From Felis catus (Eukaryota), in the NCBI RefSeq assembly GCF_018350175.1, contig NC_058373.1, positions 104,658,001-104,722,000 of the forward strand: 64,000 bases of DNA, in the 5' to 3' direction. The notes under the pieces were generated by a model, which was not told the DNA's origin, made no database searches, and saw only the letters and a list, made by a program, of their open reading frames with translations. Made by a program: the position numbers and the translations under genes. The first letter of the stretch is position 1. Each line of letters begins with the position of its first letter. Positions 25,290 to 38,105 of the stretch are shown here, one piece after another.

Positions 25290-25633
25290 AAGAATGATAT
25301 GATCATACTTAAAAGAATCTCTGTCTGCTGTGTTAGGAATAGACTGGGGGTGAAGGGCAGAAGGAGGAAGAGTCACGAGGGTAGAGCAGTATTCCAGGAT
25401 AGAGAAGGATGACCCAGACTGGGGTGGAACAGTGCAGGGCCAAGACTCAAGACATATTCTGAAGGCAGGGCATGACAATCCTCATGGAGGACTTGCAGGT
25501 GAGATCTTGATGGTCCCAAAGTCTTTGGCCTGAGCAACTGGAAGGTTGGAGTTGCCATTTATACAGAAGTGTAAGACCATGGAAGTAGAAGGTTTCGGGG
25601 GAATATTAGGACCACCCAAGCAAGCAAGCAATC

Positions 25634-25801
25634 ATATGTATATATATATAATATATAATATATAATATATAATATATAATATATAATATATAATATATAA
25701 TATATAATATATAATATATAATATATAATATATATATATTATATATTATATAAATAAAGTGTAGGAAAATTTTATATATAAAGTGTAGGAATTTTATATA
25801 T

Positions 25802-25846
<45 letters not shown>

Positions 25847-25854
25847 TGTAGGAA
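25634..25854. repeat. AT-rich (ATAAT)n/(TA)n array with three AAGTGTAGGAA copies
   Basis: AAGTGTAGGAA at 25757, 25781 and 25844 embedded in TA repeats. Confidence 0.9.
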
Positions 25855-26757
25855 ATAACTGGCTATGTTGAAAGGGAGAAAGCAGGGAGCAGAGTGAATA
25901 CTAAGTGAAAATAAATGGGGAGTTTAAGAGCTGGTACAATTAATAAATAGGTTAAATAGGGTCTGTTCTGATACTAGGTGTGTTTCTTTTACAGAGTCAA
26001 TAAAAAAGTCTCCAAGCAGCTGTCAGAGGAATTTGACACTCCCTATGGACCCCTATAGAATAACTTCTTAGAAAGGATCAATTCACAGAGCAATAAAATA
26101 AAATTCTACAAGCTTAACAGCATGTTCAGTAACAAGAAAGTAATTACTGATTTTTCTCTTGAGAGAGTTATTTTCTATGCTCATCAGATGTTTCTCCAGA
26201 TGTCTGTAAAAATGAAAGGCAAAACACAGAGTTCTGCAGCAAGTGGCGTCCACTTGTCCCTTGCCAATGGTTGAGGGAAAAGTTAACAGTCCTATGTGAG
26301 ATCCCCAAAATGGGGCGCATCGGAAGCCAACATTCTGGCCATTTTTTGTTGTTGTTAACTACCTTGTGTAATATAAAATTATAAGGCAGTCCCTGTGCCC
26401 ACTTCTTGCTTTTCTGAGAAATTAGCAAATAAACAACTTGTTCAACAGACACTTGGGCATACTGGCTATCTTTCTTAAATGCACAGACAATTTTTACAAA
26501 GCACAAACATCAGTGTGAGACATCTGAAGTCTTCCGACTAACAACCTGCATCTACATTGGTTTGGGTTGGGAAGGAGCTCTATGATGAATCCCAAGCCCC
26601 GTTAATGAGATCTTCTCCCAAGTTTCTTCTCATATAATTTCTGTAAAAAGGAAATGCAGAAGTAATTACCGAACTAGGCAAAAGTCAATACTGCCTCTCA
26701 CCACCAAGCAGGCCCTTTTCAACAAGCTCCAGCTGAGATCACAGGGAGCCCACTACA

Positions 26758-26938
26758 TCAGTGGTTCTCAGCCTGAAAAGTACATTTGAATCTTGCGAGA
26801 GCCTTTTGAAAAAAAACCTAGGCCCCAGACCTAACACTGGAGATTTCTATTTAATTGGTCTGGGAAAGGGGTGCGAATTTTTTTTTTTTTAACACTTATC
26901 TGATGATAATGCACACCCAGAACCAAAATCACCACACT
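26758..26938. mobile_element. hAT-Charlie MITE (MER5-like)
   Basis: CAGTGGTTCTCAGCCT...GAGATTTCTATTTAATTGGTCTGGG...ACCACACT. Confidence 0.6.
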
Positions 26939-27138
26939 AGAAAAAGCTATGAGCACAGCCTGTTTTGTAAGGAATTTCAACACCAACAGAAAGAGTGTAT
27001 TCCAAACAATAATAATACGTAGGAATCCAATACACGCAGGGCCAAATTCTCAAGTGATAGGAAAATGAGGGTGGCGGGGTGGGGTGGGGAGGTTAGAAAA
27101 TGCAGGCAAAGACCATGTTTTAAATTTTAAGAAGATTA

Positions 27139-27343
27139 GGGGCACCTGGGTGGTTCAGTTGGTTAAGTGTTGGACTCTTGATTTCGGCTCAGGTCATGAT
27201 CTCACGGTTCCCGAGTTCCAGCCCCACTCTGCACTGACAGCGTGGAGCCTACTCTGTCTCTCTCTCTCTCTTTCTCTGCCCCTCCCCTGCTCGCTCTCTA
27301 TCTCTGTCTCAAAATAAAAATACACTTAAGAATGATAAATAAA
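27139..27343 (+). mobile_element. Older CanSINE
   Basis: TSD TAAATTTTAAGAAGATTA / TAAATTTTAAAAAGATTA. Confidence 0.92.
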
Positions 27344-28557
27344 TAAATTTTAAAAAGATTACCTTTCCACGGCAGTCAAAGATATTCTTCTCACAAACAC
27401 CGCTCCCCAAAACCCTTTCAATGCAATTTTCTTTCAAAGCCCATACAAACAGACTGTGCTCCTTGCCCAATGCCTAAATATGCACAAGGAATCCATCGAG
27501 TCACAGAATGTTGCCCAGAACCACCCTTCGTCTGGGAAGCCAGCTTTTTCCACATCTTGCTGGTAAATCCAGAAAACTGGGGAGGAGTTGTAGGGAACCA
27601 TTCTTCTAGAAAACCGCAGAAGTTCTCTGGGCAGCAAGAGGTGTGCCACAGGGTGGGAATTCAGCAATTCCATCTTAGGAAACAAAGGTGAACAGAGCCC
27701 CACAAGAGTATCTTGGAAAGGATATAAGGTTGTGCAACAGCAACAACAACAATTTCCCCTTAGCCGGGGCTCACCCACAGGACACTTTTTAGCTGTATCA
27801 CATGGCTGGTTGTTTTTGAACAGCCATCCTGGTAATGCCTCAGATAGGAAAACACACTGTCTGCAGCGGGTTTAAAATGCCCTCGGACACAGATTTCTGG
27901 GCACTTAGTCTGCACAAAATTTTGTGCAATTCAGTCTGCAAAATTAAGTGCCCAGAAATCAGCGTGTCAGCTGCAGTGGGTAATACACGGGCCTGGCCCT
28001 CCAGGCAATGGCGATTTTGTCGAAGCAGGGGTGTCCCCACGGGGACACCAAGTATGCTGCACAGAGAAAAGATGGCAGAGGAGTTCGGAGGGGGAGACCA
28101 CCACAGGCAGGAGTCACCAGGAGAGCTTTGGGGGCAGAAATGAACAATTAGCCCAGATCACGAAGCGTGGTTAAGGTTTCGGAACAAGGAGAAGATAACA
28201 GGCGGGGATTGTCCTGAGCAAGGGCACCGTGGCGGGAGCGGAGAGTCCTAGGGGAGGGAGACACAACCATCCAAGTGACTGTCAACAGGTGTGCTGCCGT
28301 CTCCAGCTGCTAACTTTTATTAATGTGGAAAATACATTTATGCTACCACCGAGGAAAGCTGGCGTTACAGCAGCGTCTCTTTGTGACAGATGACGAGCCG
28401 GGAGAGTCGTGCAAAGCCCCATAAAGCACCTCTCAAGCTTGCTGTCACCAAGAGGGCAGACCAAGTCAGCAAGCAAGGAAGGTGGTGTGCCTCGGGAACC
28501 CGCGGCAACATTCCCTCTCAAGTAGGAAGGTGTGGCCCTGGCCTCGACCTGCAACAC

Positions 28558-28602
28558 GGCACCCAAGGGCACCCAAGGGCAGCCAAGGGCAGCCAAGGGC
28601 AG
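28558..28602. repeat. 10-bp tandem repeat GGCA(C/G)CCAAG x4.5
   Basis: Direct reading. Confidence 0.9.
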
Positions 28603-29159
28603 GGAACGCCACGTTCCCTGTGGCCGCTTTTATGGGTGCCACAAGACCACTCGCTACTGTGACAGGGAACGTGTTGCAGTGATTGCTGACAAGTTTTCTG
28701 GGATTTTGAGTCTTTTAATCCCTTCAAGCATGCAGTAAACGATGTGAATATTTCAGAGAATGCTGTGAATATAAAAGAGAAAAAAGTTGAGAATCTCCAG
28801 ACCAAGCAAGTTGGACCATATCCTGTATATGCAATGGGGAACCACTGATGGCTTTTCACTGGAGAGTGACTTGGAAAGGACACGGCAGAAAGAATAATCT
28901 TGCCATTAAACGCAAGTTAGAATGAAAGGAGGAGAGAGTATACGAGCAAGGACAAAATCATTTCAATTCCCCTAACGTATTAATTTTGAAAAGCAGGAAA
29001 AGAATATATAACTTTCTACTTCTCAACAAAATTTCAAATGTATTGTCTTCTACCTAGGGAAAAAAAAAAATGGAATTAAAAACAGAAAACACTGTCCCAA
29101 GTGCTTATCTAGTATTATTTCCCCTTTACATATTTTCCGTTTATTCCAACTTCATAACA

Positions 29160-29302
29160 TTTTAGCTGTGCGGTTTTGGTCAAATTGCTCTACCTCCATA
29201 AACCTTGGTTTCCTGATCTGCGACACGAAGAAAAATATGGCTATAATGCCACCTCATGGAGTCACTGAGAGGATTATATGAAATCATGTATATAAATCAC
29301 CT
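29160..29302 (+). mobile_element. MIR SINE fragment
   Basis: TAGCTGTGCGGTTTTGGTCAAATTGCTCTACCTC...CCTTGGTTTCCTGATCTG. Confidence 0.55.
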
Positions 29303-30147
29303 CTTCCATATGTATGGAGAGAGACAGAGACAGAGAGAGAAGCTTTTTGTTGGACCTCCTTAGCTTTGGGCAAGATACTTCTTACAGTCCTTCTTATAGG
29401 GCTTCCCATAGGAGGGTTACAACCCAATTTCATGTTATGCTGTGGAAATCCTAAAAGACATCTCTAGGAAGACCTACAGTCTGGCATGAGAAAGATTGAC
29501 AGTTTGAATTAAGTGACTCAAAACTCATTCAAGAAGCCAATCAACGAAGACGTCATCGTCGAAGGAGTGCCGTTGGCTCTGCTCAGGCCTCACCCACCAC
29601 CTTCTTCAATGGGAAAATGGGCCCTGCTGGCCACACTTTGTAACACAGCAATAGCACCCATGAGGAGAGGGGCCAGAAGAGCACGAGTTCCAGAAACAGA
29701 TAGTGGCTGGTGGTGTCGCAGGACGAAAAATCACACGCTCTCTCTGGCCCTCCTGTGTGACCCCGAAACTGAAAATCCAGGGCCGCTTCATCAGATTCAC
29801 CCCAAACTGAATGCATTGCTCGTTTCTGCACAAAGTACCTGCAAAGTAAGTGCAGGAACACTTATGTAGAGAGCATCAGCCACTTACTCTAGGTGCTGGG
29901 GGCACAGGACACATCCCTGCTCTGTCATTGCTGGTGGAAAATGGCCCACGTGTTCTGACCAAATTTCTCAACCTTTCCTCCCAGCTGTGATCCCCCCACT
30001 GTGTTCCAGTTTTTGTTAGTACACCATTACTACAAACCAGTCACTTAGGCTACAGCTGGGACATTTTCAGTTTCTCCCATTCCTCTCCTCACTTATTTAA
30101 TTAAAAATTGCATGTATTTAAGGTGTACAACATAATGATTTAATATA

Positions 30148-30642
30148 CAGTAAAACCTTGGATTGCTAATAACTTGTTCTGCGAGTGTGGTGCAAGACGA
30201 GAAAACATTTCTTTTTTTAACTTTTTTAATTTATTTATTTATTTATTTTTGAGAGAGAGCGAGCGAGAGAGAGAGAGCGTGTGAGCACAAGTGGGAGAAG
30301 GGCAGAGAAGGAGGGAGACAGACTCTGAAGCAGGCTCCAGGTCCGAAGCCATCAGTACAGAGCCCAACGCAGGGCTTGAACTCCCAAACCCCGAGATCAT
30401 GACTTGAGCCGAAGTCGGACGCTTAACTGACCGAGCCACCCAGGCGCCCCAATGAGCAAACATTTCTAATAAATTTTAACTTGATAAACAAGCAATGTCT
30501 TGCAATATGAGTAGTACATGATGCCAAACGTCCCATGATCACAACTGAATCAATGGTTCTTGAAATTCACTTTGATATGTAAGTGCTTTGGATTACAACA
30601 TGTTTCTGGAGTGAATTAAGCCCGCAAATGAAGGCTTTACCG
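30148..30642. mobile_element. Tc1/mariner (Tigger/pogo-like) MITE, ~240 bp net, nested in L1 3' UTR
   Basis: TA|CAGTAAAACCTTGGATTGC ... GCAAATGAAGGCTTTACCG|TG; TIRs match 14/19; L1 3' UTR sequence resumes on both sides. Confidence 0.75.
30213..30450 (-). mobile_element. CanSINE nested in the MITE
   Basis: Diverged TSD GACGAGAAAACATTTCT / AATGAGCAAACATTTCT. Confidence 0.93.
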
Positions 30643-32422
30643 TGTATACATAGAGTGAAACGATTACCTCAGTCAGGTATTTGACACATCATCTCCTCAC
30701 ATGCCTACTTTGCTCGTGTGTGATGAGAGCACCTGAAATCTACTCTCTTGGCAAATTTCCTGTATTCAATACAGTATTATTAACTGTAGTCATCATGCTG
30801 TACATTATATCTCTAGACTTATTCATCCAATATAACCACAACTTTGTACCCTGTGACCAACATCTCCCCGTTCTCCCCACTTCCCTGCCCCTGGACACCA
30901 CCATTCTACTCTTTACTTTTAGGTTTTTAAGTTTTTTTAGATTCCACCTACTAGTTGTCTTCTTTCTGTGTTTGGCTACTTTCACTTAGCATAATGTCTT
31001 CCAGGTACATCCGTGCTGCTGCAAATGGCAGGATCTCTTTCTTTTTAAGGCTAATATTCTATTGCAATATTCTACTGCACATATATATATACACCACAAT
31101 TTCTTAATCCATTCATCCATCAACAGACACTCGGGTTGTTTCCACATCTTGGCTACTGTGAATAATGCTGCAATGAACATGAAGGTTCAGAAATCTTTTC
31201 AAGGTACTGATTTCATTTCTTCTGGGTATTTACCCAGAAGAGGGATTTCTGGGCCCGATGGTAGATTTATTTTTAATTTTTTGAGGAACCTCCACACTGT
31301 TTTTCCATAATGTTCTACCAATTAATATTTCCACCAACAGTGTACAAGGGATACCTTTTCTTCACATCTCACCAATTTATTTTTGATAATAACCCATCCT
31401 AACAGATGTGACGTGATATCTCATTGTGGCTTTGGTTTGCATTTCCCTAATCCTCTTTAGTGATTTTGAGCACCTTTTGATATACCTGTTGGCCACTCAT
31501 ATGTCTTCTTTGGAAAAATATCTAATCAGATCCTTCCCAGTTTTTAAACATATTGTTTTTTGCTATTGAGCTATATGAATTCCTTGTATATTTTGGATAC
31601 TGACCCCTTGTCAGATATGTAATTTGCAAATATTTTCCTTCAGTTCATAGGTTGCCATTTCCTTCTGTTGATTGTTCCTTTGCTGAGCAGAAGCTTTTTA
31701 ATTTGATGTAGTCCTACTTGTTTACTTTTTGTTTTTGTTGTCTGAGCTTCTGATGTCATATCCAAGAAGTCATTGCCAAGGTCAATGTCAAAGAACTTTT
31801 TCTCTATATTTTCTTCTAGGAGTTTTAATGTTTCAAATCTTATGTTTAAGTCTTTAATCCATTTTGAATTGATTTTTGTGTAGGATGAAGGATTCAATTT
31901 CATTCTTTTGCATGGGTTATTCAGTTTTCCCATCATCATTTATTGAAGAAACTATCCTTCCTCTATTGTGTTTTTGGCATACTTGTTGAAAATAATTGAC
32001 TGTATATGTTTTGGTTTATTTCTGGGTTCTCTATTCTGTTCCAGTGGTCTATGTGTCATTTATTATTATCATTAATATAGCTAATTATTTTGATTAATTA
32101 TTTTAATTAATATAGCGACAAAGCTATGCAATTTTGAATCAGGAAGTGTGATGCCTCCAACTTTGTTCTACTTTTTCAAGATTGCTTTGGCTATTTGGAG
32201 TCTCTTGTGGTTCCATGCAAATTTTAGAATTGCTTTTTCTATTTCTGTGAAAAAAGTCATTGGAATTTTGATAGAGATTGAATTGAATTTGTGTGTCACT
32301 TTGGGTAGTATGGACATTTTAATAATACTAATTCTGATCCATGAACACAAGATATCTATTTATTTGTGTCATCTTCAAGTTCTTTCATCAGTGTTTTATA
32401 GTTTTCAGTACACAGATCTTTT

Positions 32423-32621
32423 TTTTTTTTAAGTTTATTTGAGAGAGAGAGCAATGAAAAATGGGGAGGGGCAGAGAGAGAGGGAGAGAGAGAATCCCAA
32501 GCAGGCTCCAAGCTGTTAGTGCTACTAATGATGTGGGGCTCGATCTCACGAACCATGAGATCATGACCTGAGCTGAGATGAAGAGTCGGATACTTAACCA
32601 GCTGAGCCACCCAGGCACCCC
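32423..32621 (-). mobile_element. Older CanSINE inside L1
   Basis: TSD AGTACACAGATCTTTT / AGTGTACAGATCTTTT. Confidence 0.93.
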
Positions 32622-33854
32622 AAGTGTACAGATCTTTTACCTCCTTTGTTAAATTTATTTCTAAATATTTTATTCCTTGTGATGCTATCATAAAGGGAAT
32701 TATACTCTTGATTTCTTTTTCAGATAGATCATTGTTGTTGTAAAGAATGCAATTGATTTTTGTATGATTATTTTACATCCTTTACTGAATTTGTTTATTC
32801 TAACAATTTTTTTGTGGAGTCCAGATTTTCTACATAGAGAATCCCATCATCTGTAAATAGTTCTTCCTTTCCAATTTAGATGTCTTTTATTTTTCTTGTC
32901 TAATTGATCTTACTAGTATTTCCATTACTTTGTTGAATAGAAGTGGTAAGAGTTGGCATCTTTTCCTTGTACCAGATCTTAGAGGAAGTGTTTTCAGTTT
33001 TATTTTCCCCATCGATTATGAATGTTATCTGTGGACTTTTGATAAATGGCCTTTATTGTGTTAAGAAAATTTCTTTTCACACCTCTTTTGTTGAGAGTTT
33101 TTATCTTGAATGTATGTTGAACTTTGTCAAAGGTATTTTTGTGAGTCTACGGATTTGATCATGTAGTTTTCATCTTTTATCCTCTTAATGGGGTGTATCA
33201 CATTGATTGATTTACATATATTAAATTAAACTTGAATTCCGGGGATAAATGCCACTTATTCATGGTGTATAATCTTTTTGATGTGTTGTTGGACTTGGTC
33301 TGTTAGTGTTTTGTTGAGTATTTTTGCATCTGTGTTCATCAGAGATATTAGCTTGTAGTTTCCTTGTGGTGTCTTTGTCTGACTTTGGTATCAGGCTGAT
33401 ACTAGCCCCATAAAATGAATTTGAAAGTATTCCTTCTACCTGTTTTTTTTTTTTGCAAGAGTTTAAGAAAAATTAGTATCAATTCTTCTTTGAATATTTA
33501 GTCACGAAGCCATTTGGTCCTGGACTTTTCTTTGTTGGTAGGAGAAAGTTTATTAGTATTTCAATCTCCTTATCTGTTATTGGTCTTTTCAGGCTTTTGA
33601 CTTCTTCTTGATTCAGCCTTGGTAGATTGTATGTTTTTAGGAATTTATCCATTTCTTCTAGTTTATCCAATGTGTTCACATGTAACTGTTCAGAACAGTC
33701 CCTTGGGATCCTTTTTGTTTCTGAGCATCCGTTGTAATGACTCCTCTTTTGTTTCTGATTTTAATTGAGTCTTCTTTTTTTCTTAGTCTAGTTAAGAGTT
33801 TGTTGATTTTGTTTATTTTTTTAAAAAACCAATTCTGATCTCTGTACTTACAGA

Positions 33855-34200
33855 TACCAAGTTCTATCACCCTTCTTCCACAATATCTCTAATATGGTTT
33901 CCTCCTTTCATTTACTCTATTAACAACCCTGTTCATTTCCTCTCACCCAAATGATTACAATTGCTAGGGAACCTGTCTCCCCATCCCCAATCTCCTTTCC
34001 CTCCCATCCATTTGAACTTTTAGAAGGACATCTCTAACTGGATCATCCCTGTGCTCAATTATATTTATGACTCCCACGACCTTTATAGTAAAATATGAAT
34101 TCCTTAACTTGACATTCAAGACCCAGATGATCCATCCTCAAACTATTTTTTCTTTTTTCCCACTGTTTGGCTGTATTCCCATTCCTGGAAGCTGTTCCTG
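33855..34200 (+). mobile_element. L2 fragment
   Basis: CTGGATCATCCCTGTGCTCAA...ATGACTCCCA...GTAAAATATGAATTCCTTAACTTGACATTCAAG. Confidence 0.55.
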
Positions 34201-34274
34201 GTAGGACCACTAGCAACAACCTAACTATATATCTAAAAGTGTTGGAATGTACAGGAATACAATTATCTACTCAA

Positions 34275-34830
34275 TATGCAGCCTTCCAAAATGGCCCTAG
34301 TGATCCCAGCCTCCTGGAAGTCATACCCTTGTATAGTCCCCTCCCCTCTGAGTATGGGCTGGACCTAGTAACTTGCTTCTTATAAATAGGATACAGAAAA
34401 CTTATGGAATTCACTTAAATATTGGGTTATAAAAGACTGACTTCCAACTTTCTCTTGCTCTTTCTTTTGCCTTCTTTCTTGGTTGGTCTGATGAAGCAAG
34501 CAGCCATGTTGCAAGATGCTCTATGAAGTGGCCCATGTGCCAAGGGACCAAAGGAAACCTCAGGCCAACAGCTCATGAGAAACTGAAGCCTCAGTCCAAT
34601 AGCCTGCTAGGAAATGATCTTGCCAACAACCAGGTGGATGAGCTAGGAAGGAAATCCTTTCCAGGTAAGCTTTAATGTGACTGTAGCCTTGTGAGAGACC
34701 CATAGCAAGAAAATCCAGCCTAAGTCTCACCTGTATTTCTGACCTGCAGGAACTGTGAGATAATAAATGTTGTTGTCTTAAGTTCCTACGTTTGGGGATA
34801 ATTTATTACATAGCCATATATAAATATATA
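34275..34830 (+). mobile_element. MaLR (MLT1E/F-like) solo LTR
   Basis: AAAATGGCCCTAGTGATCCCAGCCTCCTGG...GAACTGTGAGATAATAAATGTTGTTGTCTTAAG. Confidence 0.8.
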
Positions 34831-35218
34831 GCCAGCTTTTCTGAGCACATAATTTTTAAGAAAATAATTTGATGTTCTGATAAATAGTATTTCTCCCCAT
34901 TTCTAGTTTCTCTTTGAGAGCTAAAGCTAAAAAATATTCATTCATATGACAAAGATTTGCTGAAAGAGTTCCATGTGCAGGGCATTCAACAAGGTATCAG
35001 AGGAAGATAAAAATCTGAAAAAGGCTGGATGCTCACTCTCAATGCATTTATAGTGTGAGTAGAAAAGTGATATTACAACGTATAACCACGGAGTGAAGAG
35101 ATTATTAAAAGGGAAAGTGAGAGAGTGCTGATGGCATTTACAGTCTATTGGGCCATGGGGGAAAAAACACATAAAGTAGGTAGCAAATGAGTGGAGCAAG
35201 TCAAAGGACAGATGTCAA

Positions 35219-35471
35219 GGGGCGCCTGGGTGGCGCAGTCGGTTAAGCGTCCGACTTCAGCCAGGTCACGATCTCGCGGTCTGTGAGTTCGAGCCCCGCG
35301 TCAGGCTCTGGGCTGATGGCTCGGAGCCTGGAGCCTGTTTCCGATTCTGTGTCTCCCTCTCTCTCTGCCCCTCCCCCGTTCATGCTCTGTCTCTCTCTGT
35401 CCCAAAAATAAATTAAAACGTGGAAAAAAAAACAAAAACAAACAAACAAAAAAAAAACAAACAAAAAAAAA
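35219..35471 (+). mobile_element. Young felid CanSINE with (CAAA..)n tail
   Basis: Perfect TSD CAAAGGACAGATGTCAA (35202-35218 / 35472-35488). Confidence 0.97.
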
Positions 35472-36294
35472 CAAAGGACAGATGTCAATAAAGCCCTGGG
35501 CAAATGAAGAGGAGGGAGGAGGACCCACGCACTATAATAAGGGAAGGCTTCTTGATGGAAGTGCAGTTGACATGAACTTTGATGATCAGGGAGAATTTTG
35601 ACATAAAGGTTGGGGAAAGGGAATGACTAAGGGAAAAGCAGTTCAAGACAAGCAAGGAAGCCAGAACATATATAGAGAAGATAAGTAGTGAAATTCAAGC
35701 TAAATGTATCCCCAACTCAACTTTTCCTTAACTGGATCCCCAAACTTCCAACAATCACTCCAATACCACTTGCAAAGAATGAGTCAAAGTATGAGAGGGG
35801 GACATACTCATTTCTAGGCCCTAGGAGGGAGCCTATGCAAGTGAAGCATCCTGAAGCTTCGTGGTGTGTCTGCCTCTGGTAAGTGTCAAGAGAGTCTCTC
35901 CTATTTTTTCCTCTGGTTCTAGGTTTGTGAGCAGGCTGAACAGGGAAAGCTATAGGTCTTGTCATCAAATCAGCGTCTCTATGTGTAGAAAGATTACTGA
36001 GGTTTCTCCTACTTGGATAATTTTATAGGTCTAATAATAAAGCAGGTTTGTAAACCAGGTATTAAATTTGATATTGACCAGAATTTGCTGTGAGGATAAA
36101 ATTCGAGGATTTATTAGAAAGCACTTGGCAAACTCAACTACATCTGACACGATGTAAATTATACGAAAATTATGAATTCTAGTACAAGAAGCTGATCGTT
36201 GGAGATGTTCAGTGCTTGTGAAAGGTCACACCGAGCCTATCAGAGCTGGAACTCAAACCCAGGACTCCCCCTCCTAGGGGCACCCATTTCATAG

Positions 36295-36505
36295 TTAGCC
36301 AGAACACAGGGTCTGGGGTTCAAAGTTCAGCTTGATCACTTACTAACTATAGCTTGGACAAGTTCTTTAATTTCCCTGAGCTTCAATTTCCTCATCCATA
36401 AAACAGAAGTTATAAAATGTACTTCACAGCGTTGTCAAGAGAATGAAAAGATATATACACGTAAATGCTGGCCCATAACAAACACTCAGTAAATAGAAGT
36501 TATTA
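36295..36505 (+). mobile_element. MIR SINE
   Basis: CACTTACTAACTATAGCTTGGACAAGTTCTTTAATTTCCCTGAGCTTCAATTTCCTCATCCATAAAA. Confidence 0.7.
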
Positions 36506-37479
36506 TGATGATTCTGTGCCATTTTCACTGAACCAGACAGCACCCAGTTCTAGTAGCTCACTGGTCATGATTTCTGGAACCAGGCAGTATCCAAAATAGA
36601 CAGAACCTGTCTTCAACATCTTACCACTCCCCTTTCCAAGTGTTTCTTCTCCAGGTTTCCCTTCCTGGGCTGGAACCTCAAGTTCAACCAATGCTTGTCC
36701 TAAGCATCCTGTCCTTTTCCATCTCAGCTTCGACTGTGTCTCATTCCTTCTGGATCTCAAACTCTGCTTTCCGAAGTAACAACTCATTACCTGACAGACT
36801 AATCTAAGGGACTGACTGCTAAAACTGTATAGTGCATTAGTCTCCCCACCCCACCTGAGATACCTTCGTCCTACCAGGAAACTGCTTGGCACGCGAGCTG
36901 TGTGTCAACCATAGAGACGGCCCTGCCTCCTATAAATCTATCTGTAACTCCATGTCTGAAAGCCTATAGGACACAGGAAACTAAATGACTGGATCAGGTT
37001 TTGTATAAGTCTGAGGGAGAATGAGCAGTAAAATCAATTTCCCATAGCCTGGTCGGAAAGAATATTTTAAAAACTCAAGCTTGCAAGAAGAAAAAAAAAA
37101 AGATTTCTAAAAAAGATGCAGAAATAAAACCAACACATTAGGTAGATGTGAGGACAGACCAAATTTCCCTCTTTAAAAATAAGCAGGAAAATGCAATATA
37201 TAACCAGGTCCATCTGGCAAGAAGAGAAAGAAGGTTAGGAAAGGCAGCCACCCAAGATGTACCCTTCCAGGATGTTAATACAACACCAGCAGCCTTAAAG
37301 CCCGGCCCCTTCTCCTGAGGGCTCGGACTCCATTTCTCAGGTCCTTAGTTTTGTTGCCAAAGAAGGGGCCCCAATAGCATCACGATCGTGCCACTCTTTA
37401 AAAATATCCATTGTTTTTCTGAGGGTGTCAGGCTGAAAAAATACTTTCTCATTTATAGTAATGTATGTACTTCAATACA

Positions 37480-38105
37480 GAAAACTAATATTTGACTTAA
37501 AGGAATGTATATTTGTAGAATATAGAAAGTAACAAGAGGAAAACTCAAAGTCATCCATAATCTCCCTGCCAAAGGATAAGCAGTGACAATTTTTCAATGT
37601 GTAGTTTTTCTTTCTGACTTCTTCTCTATTAGATCGATAGAGAGATACATAGATATAGATATATGTGTGCGTATATATGCACACATACATATAAACAAAA
37701 TAAAACAGTTGAGTTCATCTGGTATATAAAATTCTGCACTGTGATTTTTTATCATATTATATAACATTCTTTATAAACTTAACAACTACATGGTATGCTA
37801 TGTAAAGGTATTTTAATTTGTGAAATCATTTCCACGCTGTTCAACATTTGCCTATTTCCATTTTCATGAATTAATACAAAGAACAATACTAGGGGGTTAT
37901 TGCACACATATCATTCCAGTTTCAATTACTTCCTTTGGATGGATTGCTAGAAGTGGAATTACTGGGTCAGCAAGTTAAATATTCTGCAGGCTCCTACTAT
38001 AAACTGCCAAATTTCTTTCCATCAAGTTGATAGCAATTTATCATCCCACCAGAAAATACAAAATGTTCATCTTGTCCCATCCCCACCATGCGGTGACTAT
38101 TATTT
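37480..38105 (-). mobile_element. Ancient L1 (L1ME-like) 3' fragment
   Basis: TTGCTAGAAGTGGAATTACTGGGTCA...AAACTGCCAAATT...CAATTTATCATCCCACCAG. Confidence 0.65.

Larger units (their letters stand above)
24452..25612 (-). mobile_element. L2 LINE (interrupted by GATA repeat and SINE)
   Basis: ATTCATTCA...AACAAATGTTTACTGAACATC start; GGCCTGAGCAACTGGAAGGTTGGAGTTGCCATTTA. Confidence 0.75.
30094..33835 (-). mobile_element. 5'-truncated older L1 (L1MA/carnivore-type), ORF2 remnant plus 3' UTR
   Basis: ORF fragments [40 protein letters not shown]...[38 protein letters not shown] are L1 ORF2; many stops and frameshifts. Confidence 0.93.

Noticed and set aside
28518..28883. Minus-strand ORF with an acceptor-like TTTTTTCTCTTTTATATTCACAG near 28764-28786
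   Set aside because: No recognisable protein similarity and no convincing downstream donor; cannot be supported without RNA data.
29514..29520. AP-1 sites TGA(C/G)TCA here and at several other positions
   Set aside because: About eight are expected by chance in 64 kb and they are not clustered.
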